Shown here: positions 46,838-58,045 of the stretch, one piece after another | Numbering within the stretch: the stretch's first letter is position 1 | How the letters are laid out: every line of letters begins with the position of its first letter | Assembly: GCA_965217865.1 (NCBI GenBank) | Contig: CBDCJO010000002.1 | Location: 1,024,001 to 1,088,000, forward strand | Direction: 5' to 3' | DNA: 64,000 nucleotides | Origin: Candidatus Latescibacterota bacterium | Lineage (GTDB): Bacteria > Latescibacterota > UBA2968 > SICM01 | Made by a program: the position numbers and the translations under genes | The notes under the pieces: model-generated | What the model saw: the letters and a program-made list of their open reading frames with translations, nothing else | Databases searched by the model: none | Told to the model about the DNA's origin: nothing

Positions 46838-46872
46838 AAAAAATGCCCCGATGGATTTCCCGCCGGGGCATG
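46838..46872 (-). terminator. Rho-independent terminator after ABC ATPase
   Basis: ATGCCCCG...CGGGGCAT stem with a U-tract on the minus strand. Confidence 0.55.
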
Positions 46873-46892
46873 GGATTCATCGTAACTCCCCT

Positions 46893-47639
46893 TCAATTCT
46901 CAATCGGAGCCTGTTCCGATCGGCCTTCCGCATTTGTTCCGTACATGTAGTCGAGATACATCTTCTCCAGGTCTTCCGTCTCCAGCTCCTTCTTCGTCCG
47001 CTCCATGATCAGCTTGCCGGCCTTCATGATCCCCACCCGGTCCGCCAGCGTGCGGGCCCGGAAGATGTCGTGCGTGGACATGAAGACCGCCTTCCCCTCC
47101 GACCTGAGTTCCTCCAGGAGATCAATAAACTCCGAGCCGGCCTGCGGATCCAGTCCGGCCGTCGGCTCGTCCAGAAGGATCGCCAAGGCATCCCGGATGA
47201 TCACGATGGCGATCCCGACCTTCTGCCGCATACCCTTGGAAAACTCCTTCACCCGCTGTTCATAAGCCTTCTCCTCCAGACCGACCCGCCTGAGAATCTT
47301 GTAATATCCCTCCCGGTCCGTCTGCTTGCCAGCCAGCCCCGCGAAAAAATCCAGATTCTGCCGTGCCGTGAAATTTCCGTAGAGCATGACGTTTTCCGAC
47401 AGATAGGCCAGGTGTTTCTTGGCCTCCAGCGGGTCCCGCGTAACGTCGATGCCGTTGATCTTGGCCGTTCCCTCCGTGGGTTCGATGAAGTTGAGCATCA
47501 GGTTGATCGTCGTGGTCTTGCCCGCCCCGTTGGCCCCGAGCAGGCAGAAGATCTCCCCGGTGTCCACTTTCAGGTTGAGATTGTCCAGGGCAAGCACCCC
47601 GTCCTCGTAGCGTTTACTCAGACCGATGGCTTCAATCAT
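46893..47639 (-). CDS. ABC transporter ATP-binding protein
   Basis: GANGAGKTT, FSKGMRQK, LLDEPT, H-loop STHD. Confidence 0.95.
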   Translation of the reverse strand: MIEAIGLSKRYEDGVLALDNLNLKVDTGEIFCLLGANGAGKTTTINLMLNFIEPTEGTAKINGIDVTRDPLEAKKHLAYLSENVMLYGNFTARQNLDFFAGLAGKQTDREGYYKILRRVGLEEKAYEQRVKEFSKGMRQKVGIAIVIIRDALAILLDEPTAGLDPQAGSEFIDLLEELRSEGKAVFMSTHDIFRARTLADRVGIMKAGKLIMERTKKELETEDLEKMYLDYMYGTNAEGRSEQAPIEN

Positions 47640-47694
47640 TTCGTCTCTCCTTTGGTTTAAAACCCTTTGGTGTCTTCAAAAGGCCTACCTCCTC

Positions 47695-49222
47695 GTCAAT
47701 TTCACGCCATACCATACGATGCCGATCACGATGCCGATCACGCTGAAGACCAGTCCCGCGCTCAAAATCAGGTTCGTCCTGGCGCTCACGTGAATGCGCA
47801 CCGTCTTGTCCTGGGTCTGAACGGGCCGGTTGTCCGCCAGGGCCTCGGTCTGGATCTGGATCTCATAGTCCCCACGTCCACCCCCGATGGCGGAAGGAAC
47901 TTCAGCTTTACGAGGGTCTCCTTATCCGGAATCAACGAAGATATCACATCCGGGTTGATCCTGGACTGCCAGTTGATCGGCATGTTTGTGCGGATCCGAA
48001 TGTTGTCCAGACGCCGCGTGCCCCCATTGAGCACCCTGATGTCCATGTCCACGGTGTCATCCGTCTTGATCTCGTGGTAGAGGTTCACCGCCCGGACCTC
48101 GATGCGTCCCACACCCCGCGGCGTCATCTCCAGCTTGACTTTGCCTGTGTTGAGCTCGGCGATCTGTTCATCTGAAAACATTTTGTCGTCAAGGGGTTGA
48201 AGCTTCCGCCAGATCTCCTGGGGGACCACCAGTACGTAGAACGCCAGCGGCTTATCGATGGTCACGCGGTCGCTGGTACGGTCGGGCAGGAACACGTCCA
48301 GCTCCAGTTGCTTGCTGCTCACCCCTTGAGTGAAATTGACCTGGGAAAGCCTGCGGGATTGCGCGGAAGACGGGTCCATGAAGCTGTAGGAGATCTGCCG
48401 CGGCAGGTTGATCACACTCAGCTGAAATACGTCGTTGTCACTCGAAAATCGCTCCAGGTCCAGGGTGAAAGTGGCGCTTTCGCCCAGGTTGGCCTCCTGC
48501 GAGAAGTTCGGCGAGGTCACGATCACCCGGTCGGCCCCGGCGTCCTTCTGGAGATAGATGTGTCTCTGATCCGTCTTTCCCGCGTAGGTCATGCTGACCG
48601 TGACGACCTCCACGTCCTTCAGCAGCAGGAAGTCGATCTCTGCCTTCTGGCCGAAGCGAATCGTCGCAATCTTGCCCTCATACGGCTGGCTGATAATCGG
48701 CCCCACCCCACCCGTCTCCGTGGCCTCGTGGAGGGAGATGAAGACATTGTTGATCTTGTCCGGTTGAAGGCTGGGGTCGAAAACGTCCGCGTCCGTCTCG
48801 ACCAGCTTCGCATAGTCCGCCACCCCCCCTGTGGTGTTCTTCAAACTCAGACGCACCCGTTTTTTTCCGTCCTGGGCCTGGTACTTGACGGCCTTCTCGA
48901 TCAGGATGTGGGGTTGGTCGAAGATGACCCGAAGCATCGCCTGCTGGTAGTTGATCTCATGGTTGATAAAGGACGCTTGTGTCTTTTCGAATTCCTCCCG
49001 GGAGATCAGCTCCCTTTTTACCAACTCGAGGGCAGACTGGTATTCCGACTTTGCCAAGTCATACGCGGCCTTCTGCTTCTTGAGCGCCAGGATCAGGAAA
49101 GTCTCGTCGTTCCGTTCCGAGTTTAAGCTCTGGGAATACCCCGGGATCCGGGAACACGGAATCGAAAACAATACCAAAACCAAAAATGTCGAGACTTTGA
49201 TTTTCAACGGTTCGAATGTCAT
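47695..49222 (-). pseudogene. Secreted NEW3-domain protein of an ABC-2 operon, frameshift near 47870
   Basis: Signal peptide, coiled coil, 'VLNGGTRRLDNIRI...WQSRINP'. An alternate frame gives a C-terminal TM segment. Confidence 0.65.
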
Positions 49223-49451
49223 GAAAGTATTTGAACTTGGATACCCCTTCCTTTGGAAGGGGAGGAAAAGTTTAGCTTGCTGAGGGTAAGCTAAAAGGCT
49301 GTTTTGTCCGTACCGTAGTCGAAAAGGTAACTTCTAAAGTGATCAGAGGATATATTCGGTTTCATCTTCAAGAGCAGAAAGGGCCCCTACAGTTGGATCT
49401 GTTTGGGGAGGGGAGTGGTTAATGCCCCGCCCTTTGGGCGGGGTGATTTAC
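49223..49451 (+). mobile_element. 229-bp IS200/IS605-type mini-element, copy 3
   Basis: GAAAGTATTTG...GGGTGATTTAC after TCAT. Encodes the tnpA tail FVRTVVEKVTSKVIRGYIRFHLQEQKGPLQLDLFGEGSG* (49303-49422). Confidence 0.92.
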
Positions 49452-49534
49452 TTACACGTTGAAATTTACGTACTTAAATTCATTCAACGGATAAGATTTA
49501 ATGGTAGTTATATATCTTGATGTAGCAAGGCGTT

Positions 49535-49742
49535 GTGCCGGGCCAATTGACCCTACACGCTGACCGAGGCGCTTCGATGACCAGCAAAACCCGTGGCACT
49601 CCTGCTGGCCGATCTGGGGCTGACCAAATCGCACTCACGACCGCACGTATCGAACGACAACCCATACTCCGAGGCGCAGTTCAAGACCTTGAAGTATCGC
49701 CCGGCCTTCCTGGAACGCTTTGGTGGGCTCGAACACGCCAGT
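49535..49742 (+). mobile_element. IS3-family transposase fragment
   Basis: 'LTLHADRGASM','SHSRPHVSNDNPYSEAQFKTLKY'. Confidence 0.8.
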
Positions 49743-49913
49743 TCATTCGGGAATTATATACTTGACAAAGACTATCTTGATTTATCCCAAAGTGTTGAGT
49801 TTTTGCGAAAATCTCGCAGAATGCCCCGTCCCTTGGACTTTGATGTCCTGTTTCTATATTTGTCGGCATGAGACTGCCAACAGACTGTTTGAGTAGACAG
49901 AGCCTTCATCACT

Positions 49914-50215
49914 ACTGTCATGTCCCAGAAGTTCCTTACAAAAGAAGGTAATTAGGAAGATATTGGTACCAGATTCACCAGATATGAAGCAATAATTGGG
50001 AAGAGATCCTCGTCTTCCTGGTTGAATCTGAACTCTGTTTCCTTCAGGTATAAATGGAAATGATGTCGAGGGATCCCTCTGTATTGATATAGCCAATTTT
50101 CAGAAAAACTCCAGAAGCCTTCGATGCCATTGATGTGATGTCGGCCTTTGCCTTTGGGCACCCCTTCTTCTTTTCGAACAACCACGTGGTCACCTTTGAC
50201 TGACACAGCCAAGTA
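49914..50215 (-). mobile_element. IS1595-family transposase C-terminal fragment
   Basis: 'HINGIEGFWSF..WLYQYRGIPRHHFHLYLKETEFRFN'. A related piece lies at 57324-57408. Confidence 0.8.
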
Positions 50216-50498
50216 TAGGCGTGCCAGTCATCGGTATCTTTTAATTAGGTATCGCATGAATGGGCAACGAGTATTCTCGTTTCCCCCGACTATGCCCGGG
50301 AGATTGCTAGCGTACAACGTGACGCAACCTTTCATTCCTGCCGATACTTGTCGCCCGCATGAGGGTTTCGATGGGTGTGTTGTCGGGGTTCAACATCTTG
50401 GTAGTCTTTGTGAAAGGCGGTGACGTGTCAGGGGATGTCGTATGAGATTGAGACCAGGAACCTAGGGTCACATCCTGAGGGGGGTAAATGGCACTCGG

Positions 50499-50660
50499 AT
50501 CGCGAGGGGCTTGAGAGGTAATGGACAGTAGGAGCAATGGAAGTACGCACCCCAGCATACCGAAACTGAGGGCGGATGACCGCAAGGGAGCAGGCTGTAG
50601 AAGCCGTCAGGTGGGGGAGGACGACCGGGTCATGAACCGTCGGATACCGCCCGCCATCGC
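50499..50660 (+). ncRNA. Group II intron 5' (domain I) fragment, with a short inverted RT remnant
   Basis: GCTTGAGAGGTAATGGACAGTAG...AAGTACGCACCCCAGCA...CTGTAGAAGCCGTCAGG resembles IIB intron 5' ends from memory. A frameshifted 'GIPTVHD.VV'-like piece lies on the minus strand. Confidence 0.4.
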
Positions 50661-50837
50661 GACGTGGCTGTTTGTTACTGCTTACGATAAATTTGATAGT
50701 TATATACTCGGTAGCATCCGGGCTGGGAAATTGAATCGTTGTGGGGACGGCTACAGCACTGCCAGGTGTAGCGCCAATTGAGGTAATCGCCATCCATTTT
50801 GCAGGACGCTTTTAGGACTTGCCCAGATCCGTGGGTC

Positions 50838-51240
50838 GGCGGAACATGCCAACAATTTTGAGACACTGAAAGTTGGAATTCAGTGCAGTTTCCGGCCGTC
50901 TCCATAAGAGGTGTCATCGGCACCGTGGATCCCCGTGCAGGTATCGGGACCAAGTTCGATTTGGTATCACCTGGCGTAATAACGATTGGATCGTGCCGGT
51001 ACTTATCCGAGATCCGGGGTGGATTGATCCAGACCTCGGAAGGCAGGTCGGTTGGCAGCGGGGGACCCTGCACAAAACGTTCGGGGTGGGCGATATAGGC
51101 ACGCCACAGGGTCTGCTCACGGGCGGCAAGGATTTCCTTGGCGTAGCTATAGTGCACAGATTCCGGGGTCAGCAAGCCCAGGCCTGAGTGGCGATGCTCT
51201 GTGTTGTAGTAGGTGAAGAACTCATGGCAGAATTCTTGAT
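50838..51240 (-). mobile_element. IS3-family C-terminal fragment with right IR
   Basis: 'YYNTEHRHSGLGLLTPESVH...HPERFV...VWINPP'. End TGTCTCAAAATTGTTGGCATGTTCCG. Confidence 0.75.
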
Positions 51241-51379
51241 GAACCAGATAACCCCGGAGGAACAGGCCGCAAACCATAAAGATTTTACAAGATCCTCTTC
51301 CTACTTCTTGAAATCCGCTCAATTAAAATTGCCAGGTATCAGAATGCTCACCCGATTGCCGTGTTAAGAATAAGTTCCC

Positions 51380-52879
51380 TTATCGTGGATCATATTTGAG
51401 GAAAGAGACATAAGCACCCACAAAAAAAACAACGGCTAAAACCGCCAACAGCATCAAATCTATGTTTACACGTCCCATTATATCGGAAAGACTCTCTTTT
51501 TGATATTTGAATATCGGCATATCACTGATATCCACTGTTTTCTGTTTTGTGGTTGGTCTGGAACGACCTTCCAAAATGGGGGAAAATACAACTCTTCCAA
51601 GAGTTTCTTCCTTTGATTTTAAATAAGATGTAAAAATATCTTTGTGTGCGCGGGCCAAATTAAGGAAGTGCTCCTGGCTTTCGATACCCGTACCAGCTAT
51701 GTTCATGGAGGCAAGGGTCATAATCGAGGTAGGAGAGATTCGTGATAGACCCAAGGCTAACTTGGCTAAACGCTCTTGTTTATTGTGATAATCCTTCTCC
51801 ATTCTTGCACTTTCAACCTTCTTTTCAGCATCCATCCGAACTTTATACTCATCTAGCAAGGCTTGCTGCTTTGCCGTCCACTCGGAAAAGGTCTTTCTGT
51901 ATTGGGCTATAATCTTTTCTCGCTTTCCACTTGGAGTACCTGGCTCTATTTTAGGGGATCGGGGTGCAGGGTTTTCCATATCAATTTGTTTTAGATATGG
52001 AATAAAGTTTAGTTCAATATCTCTCTGAACCTGACTCGACTGCATGCGATACTGGTGAATTGAGGGCACCTGAATGAATTGGCTGGCAAGAATCACACTT
52101 CCCTTTGGGATCACCAGTGTCCAAACAACCCATATTAACAATAGTACCAAAAATGAAATGTTCGACCGACTTGTGCTGGCGGAGACGAACATTCCGAGGT
52201 TAAAAAAAACCGCAAGGTATAGGACAAAAACACAAAAGATCAACAACAGTTGGATTATGTCTTGGCTGTCCGGTTGGAAATCAGGGGAGATCGTGAGCAA
52301 CGCAAAACCTAGACAAACCGGGATACTCAAAGGTATCATCAAGCTAAGGAAACCACCGACCATCTTGCCCAGGATAAGAGTGTCTCGCGGCACTCGGTGA
52401 GACAGTATCAGCCCTAGGGTGCCATCTTCCTTCTCACCGGAGATGGAGTTATAGGTAAACAGGATGGCCATCAGGCTAAAAACGACCTTAACAAGAAAAG
52501 CCATATCCAAGTCCCCGAAAATACCAAAGATCGGATTTCCTTCGATTTTTCCTCCTGTGGGCGTAGGATTTCTATAACTTTTTACCGATATATGACGCCC
52601 TAGACTGTTTTCTAAACCCGATACGATGATGCTGGGAACTCCCGGAGGCTTACTTAGTTGCACTCCTGTGTTTGAAATTGCCAAGTAACTGGTTTGCTCC
52701 TTTAAGATCTCTCGACTAAGTTCCTTGGTCGTCCTGTATTCGGCAACTTTATCGTTGTAGTTGCGCATGCCTGTGTACAGGCTCAAGAGAATCAGGAAAA
52801 AGCAGAAGATTAAAGTTCCATAGAATTTGGGGCTGGAGAGATTGGCTAAAATCTCTTTGCTGAGAATGTGTCCAAACAT
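51380..52879 (-). CDS. ABC-2 type transporter permease
   Basis: 'VFSLMAILFTYNSISGEKEDGTLGLILS..VPR..LILGK', multiple TM segments, C-terminal 'FLKYDPR'. Confidence 0.88.
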   Translation of the reverse strand: MFGHILSKEILANLSSPKFYGTLIFCFFLILLSLYTGMRNYNDKVAEYRTTKELSREILKEQTSYLAISNTGVQLSKPPGVPSIIVSGLENSLGRHISVKSYRNPTPTGGKIEGNPIFGIFGDLDMAFLVKVVFSLMAILFTYNSISGEKEDGTLGLILSHRVPRDTLILGKMVGGFLSLMIPLSIPVCLGFALLTISPDFQPDSQDIIQLLLIFCVFVLYLAVFFNLGMFVSASTSRSNISFLVLLLIWVVWTLVIPKGSVILASQFIQVPSIHQYRMQSSQVQRDIELNFIPYLKQIDMENPAPRSPKIEPGTPSGKREKIIAQYRKTFSEWTAKQQALLDEYKVRMDAEKKVESARMEKDYHNKQERLAKLALGLSRISPTSIMTLASMNIAGTGIESQEHFLNLARAHKDIFTSYLKSKEETLGRVVFSPILEGRSRPTTKQKTVDISDMPIFKYQKESLSDIMGRVNIDLMLLAVLAVVFFVGAYVSFLKYDPR

Positions 52880-53093
52880 GCCGTCCTTCAAAACTCCCCT
52901 GATTATGTGTTTGCGACTCAAAGACTTCGATAAAAATCTTTCTATTTAGATTTCCAGTGTACGATACATTGTGGCGCTACATCCATCTTTCCTCTGTACC
53001 AAACGAAAATATAAGCAAGGTTCGTTTGATTTGACAATTTTCAATTATAACCCAGAAAAAGATAACACGAGTTCAATAAGGAAGTGCAACACT

Positions 53094-53312
53094 TGGGATA
53101 GTTTTTGTTCTATCCTAAGTGTATGGGAAACAATTATAAACACCTTACGGCTGACGAGAGGGACCATATTTGTGCGCTTCGAGCATCAGGTAAGTCTCTA
53201 GGCGATATTGCCAAGAGCCTCTGCCGGAACAAGAGCACCATTTCCAGAGAGCTCAAGCGCAACCGGTCCTCGGTTTACAACTACTACTGTTCAAACCAGG
53301 CTCAGCAACGGG
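53094..53312 (+). mobile_element. IS30-family 5' fragment
   Basis: 'YKHLTADERDHI...SLGDIAKSLCRNKSTISRELKRN'. Confidence 0.85.
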
Positions 53313-53599
53313 CCGGGCTGCAAGCCATCGTTTGACTTTAGAGTGCTTGTGCGTGCCAAGTTGTCCAGGATCAGGTGAATTATCGAGTGGAACCATAAGA
53401 CAAATCCATTACTTTATCATGTTATTTATGGGACAAACACTTGTTGCCAGTTCCATAATTACTCATAACGCATCACTGCTGTCCAAGATAAATCAGATTC
53501 GCGTAAGCGACGGGTGCGAAATCCTTACTCGCCTCGTACATACGATAACGGATGCCATCGGTAACGACCACGTCACACGACACGCCGAGGGCGGAGAAC

Positions 53600-54019
53600 A
53601 AGCCGGTTGCCTGCTCGAGGCGTTGAATATGGCGCTCTGGCAACGACAGCCGGAAGCCGTCATCCATCACTCCGACCAAGGATGTCAGTACACCTCCATC
53701 GCCTTCGGTCTACGGTGCTGCAAGGCCGGTATCCGGCCCTCTATGGGTTCCACCGGTGATTGCTACGACAACGCGTTACGCGAGAGCTTCTTCGCCACAT
53801 TCGAATAGCGAACGCCTGGATCGCCGAAACTATCGCACACAGGCCGAAGCCCAGATGTCCGTATTTCAATACATCGAGGGCTGGTACAACCCCCATCGGC
53901 GACACTCAGCACTCGGATATTTCTCTCCAATGGACTTCGAGAAGACCTCCAGCGCTGTCGACCATGCAGCCGACTGAATCGAAACTGATAAACCGTCTGC
54001 TAAAACCGGGGTAACTCCA
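53600..54019 (+). mobile_element. IS3-family 3' fragment with right IR
   Basis: 'VIHHSDQGCQYTS...SMGSTGDCYDNA','YIEGWYNPHRRHSALGY'. End ...AAACCGGGGTAACTCCA. Confidence 0.85.
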
Positions 54020-54241
54020 AAGAAGAGTGTAATGTGAGAATAATTGGCGCCAACCTATGGGTGAATCTGCCCGTCCGGATATTCGCTTCTGGTTGTCGCT
54101 TGGCGTTCCAAAGCGAGGTACTCCTCCGGCGCCAGGCGGGATTGTGTAGCGACGGATGACATGATTTTCCTCCATTAAACAGAATAACCATGTTATCATA
54201 TCCCCGCACTTTGACCCCCGTACCCTGTATCCCTTTTCCCC

Positions 54242-55489
54242 TCACCTTGGATCGTAGATCGCCCCCAGGAAGAGGATGGTCCCACTCAGCCGTTCCCGGA
54301 TTGCGAGCAGGAACGGCCGGTCCACCTTAATGCCGCTCGGCCCTGCCGATGACGGACCCATGCGCACCGATGTAGCGGCCGCCGCTACCGTTCCTTCCTC
54401 GTCCACCTTCAGGAACGTTTTGTGCTTGACCTGAGAGATGTGTGTCTCCGGGACAGAAGTGAGCCTGGAGAAATCCGCCGCTTTGGGATCGAACGCCGCC
54501 CCCATGCCCATCTCAACAAGTGGGGTGTTCAGCAAGGCGTCGTACTCCTGCTCAAACGCCGGCAGCTGCACGGGCAGTTCCCGAAACTCGATCCCATTCG
54601 TCCACTCGTCCCACTGCGCTAGATCGATGCTGTTCACCAGGTCCGCCAGACCGCCTCCAGGGCGCGGCTGCAAGATCACCATCGTGAACGCCTCCGCCCC
54701 GTACGGCAGCTCGGCAATCTGCAATCCCTTTGCGAACCCGGTTGCTCCACGCCCATTCGGATTGAACATCGCCGGCACGTACACAGGATCGGTGCTTCCT
54801 TCCAGGAAGAACGGTCGGGAGTCCGTCTTTGCTGGATCGAACTGGACCGTCCAATCTCCCTCGAAGTAAACAGCGTTCAGGAGAAAGAGGTTGGTGTACC
54901 GGTCAATCCTCTGGACGATCGATTCGATGCGACCGCGGGTCTGCTCTTTCACCCAACCGTTGATGGTCTCCCTGGCGCCGGGATCGGCGAAGTCGAGCGC
55001 CTGAGCTTTGGCATCGAAGTACGTGCGGATGGCGTCGAAAAAGCTCGTCTCGAACGTAACTCCCTGTCGTATCCACACCGAACTGGCGACTGCGATCTGC
55101 ACGCTTGGATCCAGCGTAAATAGAAGGTCGTGCAACCCTCGGTAGCCCTCGTTGATCTCGCCCATCGCCATGCCGGATAGCTGGAGCCCCGAGCGCATCG
55201 CCTCAAACGTCTCCCCCGCAGCGCCGTTCAGGGTCATTCCAAGCGCCATCGACACGCTCAGCGGAGACACGAACACATTCCTACCCGGTTCGGTTTCTTC
55301 TGCCACCTCGCGCAGCAGTTCAAAAGCGAAGACGTTGTTGGCATGGATCGCCGCGTCCTCGCTTGCCGTCAGCGGCCGGGGCAACTTTGTGAGGGGTTCC
55401 TGCGGTCCAACGGGGTTGCTCGTGCAGGCGACAAAACCAAGCATCGTCGCCCCAACAAGCGCCGTCAAGGTCCAGTTGAGTGCAGACAT
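54242..55489 (-). CDS. Serpin family lipoprotein
   Basis: Lipobox 'LGFVAC','NVFVSPLSV..ALGM','LLNAVYFEGDW', hinge 'VDEEGTVAAAAT','VDRPFLLAIRE'. Confidence 0.93.
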   Translation of the reverse strand: MSALNWTLTALVGATMLGFVACTSNPVGPQEPLTKLPRPLTASEDAAIHANNVFAFELLREVAEETEPGRNVFVSPLSVSMALGMTLNGAAGETFEAMRSGLQLSGMAMGEINEGYRGLHDLLFTLDPSVQIAVASSVWIRQGVTFETSFFDAIRTYFDAKAQALDFADPGARETINGWVKEQTRGRIESIVQRIDRYTNLFLLNAVYFEGDWTVQFDPAKTDSRPFFLEGSTDPVYVPAMFNPNGRGATGFAKGLQIAELPYGAEAFTMVILQPRPGGGLADLVNSIDLAQWDEWTNGIEFRELPVQLPAFEQEYDALLNTPLVEMGMGAAFDPKAADFSRLTSVPETHISQVKHKTFLKVDEEGTVAAAATSVRMGPSSAGPSGIKVDRPFLLAIRERLSGTILFLGAIYDPR

Positions 55490-55904
55490 TAGCGGTAATG
55501 GATCAAGTGGATGTCGGCGCGGTGTGTTGCAGTTGTGCGTCTGGTTGGCCCTACGGTGGCGGAGATTCAACCTCTTCGGACCGTCCGACACCCAGGCCGC
55601 AACACTGCAACGGGTGCATTCTCTTCAATGTATATCCAGTATATCCGACGCCCGGGGATCTCCCAAGTTTCGTTTTTTCAGGGGTGGCATGTTGATGATG
55701 CCTGCCGCATCCTTTCACCAGGACCTTTCAGGCACACCTTTCTCCACACTATCTGTATCTATATCAACATGTTACGCTGTGTTGGTGGAAGGGTGAAGGA
55801 TTTTCAGAAAATCTCCCCGCATAGAGCGATGAAAAAAACCTTGGAGTATCGCGGACGTCCCACGGGCCACAAAAAATCACGGCCCCACACGCCCCACATC
55901 GTTG

Positions 55905-56020
55905 GCCAACCCCTGGTGTTCTCTGGAGCTCGTCGCGGTCGATTGAGTGACGTGGCACTGACGAAGGCGGTACGGGTCTTCGATCTGACGGCCACGGTGC
56001 ACGGGTTCCGATTTTCCTGA
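55905..56020 (+). pseudogene. Phage integrase fragment
   Basis: 'LVFSG..RLSDVAL...TATVHGFR'. Confidence 0.55.
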
Positions 56021-56559
56021 CTCAAGGAGTTCCAGCTTTAGCTTCGTGCTTGCCATCTTACATTGAAGCTATTGGAAAAACTGGTGGAGGCATAATCTGT
56101 AATTATAAATTCGATTGGGAAGTTGCACTTGACCAAGTCTTGAAAAATCGGCAGATTTTAAAGGATTGTTCCATTAATGCAAAGCGGGGGATGCTATCAT
56201 ATTCGACTGAATTAATAACACAAAAGTACATACAACTATTCCAAAGCCTAAGTGGGACCGGGTTTTAAATCTAAAATAGATGTGGGGTATAGTAACTTGG
56301 AAGTGCCAAAAGCCGAGCGCACAAAACTAGCCTCCCCAAAATCTAATCATATACTGCCGAAAAGTTAGCTCCGCAACACAAGGATACAGGCTCTTGCCAT
56401 CGGACCACCCCAAACCTGCTTTGTAGGTTTGGGGCAGCATTAGAATCCCACAACCAGCGCTTCTGCTACAGGCGCACGAAAACCCATTATTATCTTCTTT
56501 ATTCTCTCAACACAATCATCAAGGTAAAAGGATACACTTTTTTGTTGAAAGGTTTGAGA

Positions 56560-57294
56560 ATGTCTAAGAGGAAGACAAAAAGGGCCTTAGTAATAATCCC
56601 AACTTATAATGAACGAGAAAACGTTGAACGGATAGTCCAAGCAATTTTGCCAGTGGACCTGCGCATTAGTATCCTAATTGTGGATGACAATTCCCCTGAT
56701 GGAACGGGCGAGATTGCTGAGAACCTAGCCAAGTTGTACGACAAAGTTTACGTATTACACCGGGAAAAAAAAGAAGGGATCGGAAGAGCTTATATTGCAG
56801 GGTTCAAATGGGCAATTGAAAGGAAATTCAATTACATTTTTGAGATGGATGCTGACTTTTCTCATCGACCCCAATATTTGGAAGACCATTTGAGGGAAAT
56901 AGAAAACCACGACTTGGTGCTGGGTTCAAGGTACATAACGGGGGTAAATGTTATTAACTGGCCAATAACGAGGCTTTTACTGTCCTACTATGCCAATGTA
57001 TATGCTCGGTTGGTAACTGGAATGCCGGTGAGAGATGCCACAGGTGGATTTAAGTGCTTTCGCCGAGAGGCCTTGGTGGCTATTGATCTTGAAAGTCTTC
57101 ATGCATCTGGCTATGCATTTCAGATTGAAGTTACAATGCGAATATGGAAGAAGGGATTCAGGATAAAAGAAATTCCTATCATATTTTATGATCGCACAGC
57201 AGGTGATTCAAAGATGTCAAAAAGAATCATGGGTGAAGCCATTTGGACAGTATGGTTGTTGCGCATCAAATCGATCTTTGGATTGTTGACTTAA
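56560..57294 (+). CDS. Polyprenol-monophosphomannose synthase-like GT2 glycosyltransferase
   Basis: 'IIPTYNERENV','IVDDNSPDGT','EMDADFSH','DATGGFKCFR','GYAFQIE'. Confidence 0.92.
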   Translation: MSKRKTKRALVIIPTYNERENVERIVQAILPVDLRISILIVDDNSPDGTGEIAENLAKLYDKVYVLHREKKEGIGRAYIAGFKWAIERKFNYIFEMDADFSHRPQYLEDHLREIENHDLVLGSRYITGVNVINWPITRLLLSYYANVYARLVTGMPVRDATGGFKCFRREALVAIDLESLHASGYAFQIEVTMRIWKKGFRIKEIPIIFYDRTAGDSKMSKRIMGEAIWTVWLLRIKSIFGLLT

Positions 57295-57408
57295 CAATGA
57301 CATGCTCAACCGGCCTCTAAAAATTGGTATGTCAATACAGAGGAATCCCTCGACATCAGTTCCATTTATCCCTGAAGGAAATAGAGTTCAGATTTAACCA
57401 CGAAGACC

Positions 57409-58045
57409 AGCGCCCGGCTTGGCACATGTTTCTTGTGCAACTTGGCGCACTTGCGCTGTGGGCGGCGAAGCGCAACGACCTGTCAGTGGATGCGGCGGAC
57501 TGGGCAGTTGACCTGCGGAGATTGACTCGGGATCATACCGACGACGCGCCATGGCGGCTCACTATAGACGAACGGGAAAAACCAGCCTTCCTGCAGCCGC
57601 CGGACCCGGGAGGCCTTAAATGGTCCGCCGTGGCGACGCCCGATGCGCTCGACATGCTGATCACTTCGAAGAATCACGACCTGAAACAATCTGTGGCGAA
57701 GCGGGCGACACCGGAGGATTGGGTGTGCGCGCTGGTGTCGCTGCAAACGTCCGAGGGCTATGGCGGCGCAGGAAACCAGGGTGTTGCGCGCATGAACGGC
57801 GGCTCATCCAGCCGCCCGATGTTGGGGCTTACCCCCGGTCGGGACAAGGACATTTCGGTTGATCCTTCCGCGTGGTGGGCGCGGGACGTGCGACGGCTGG
57901 TTGAGGCGCGCGCGACAGGACAGAGGAGCGGGATCGGTGCCGTGGCCGGACCGGCACTTTTGTGGTGTCTCGACTGGCCGGAAGGCCGGCAACTCGACCT
58001 GCGCGACCTGGACCCGTGGTTCATTGAGGTCTGCCGGCGAGCCGT
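57409..58045 (+). pseudogene. casA: Type I-E CasA/Cse1 (Cas8e) fragment fused to an IS1595 fragment
   Basis: 'QRPAWHMFLVQLGALAL','PAFLQPP','TPDALDMLITSKNHDLK','LVSLQTSEGYGGAGN.GVARMNGG','PWFIEVCRR'. Confidence 0.75.
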
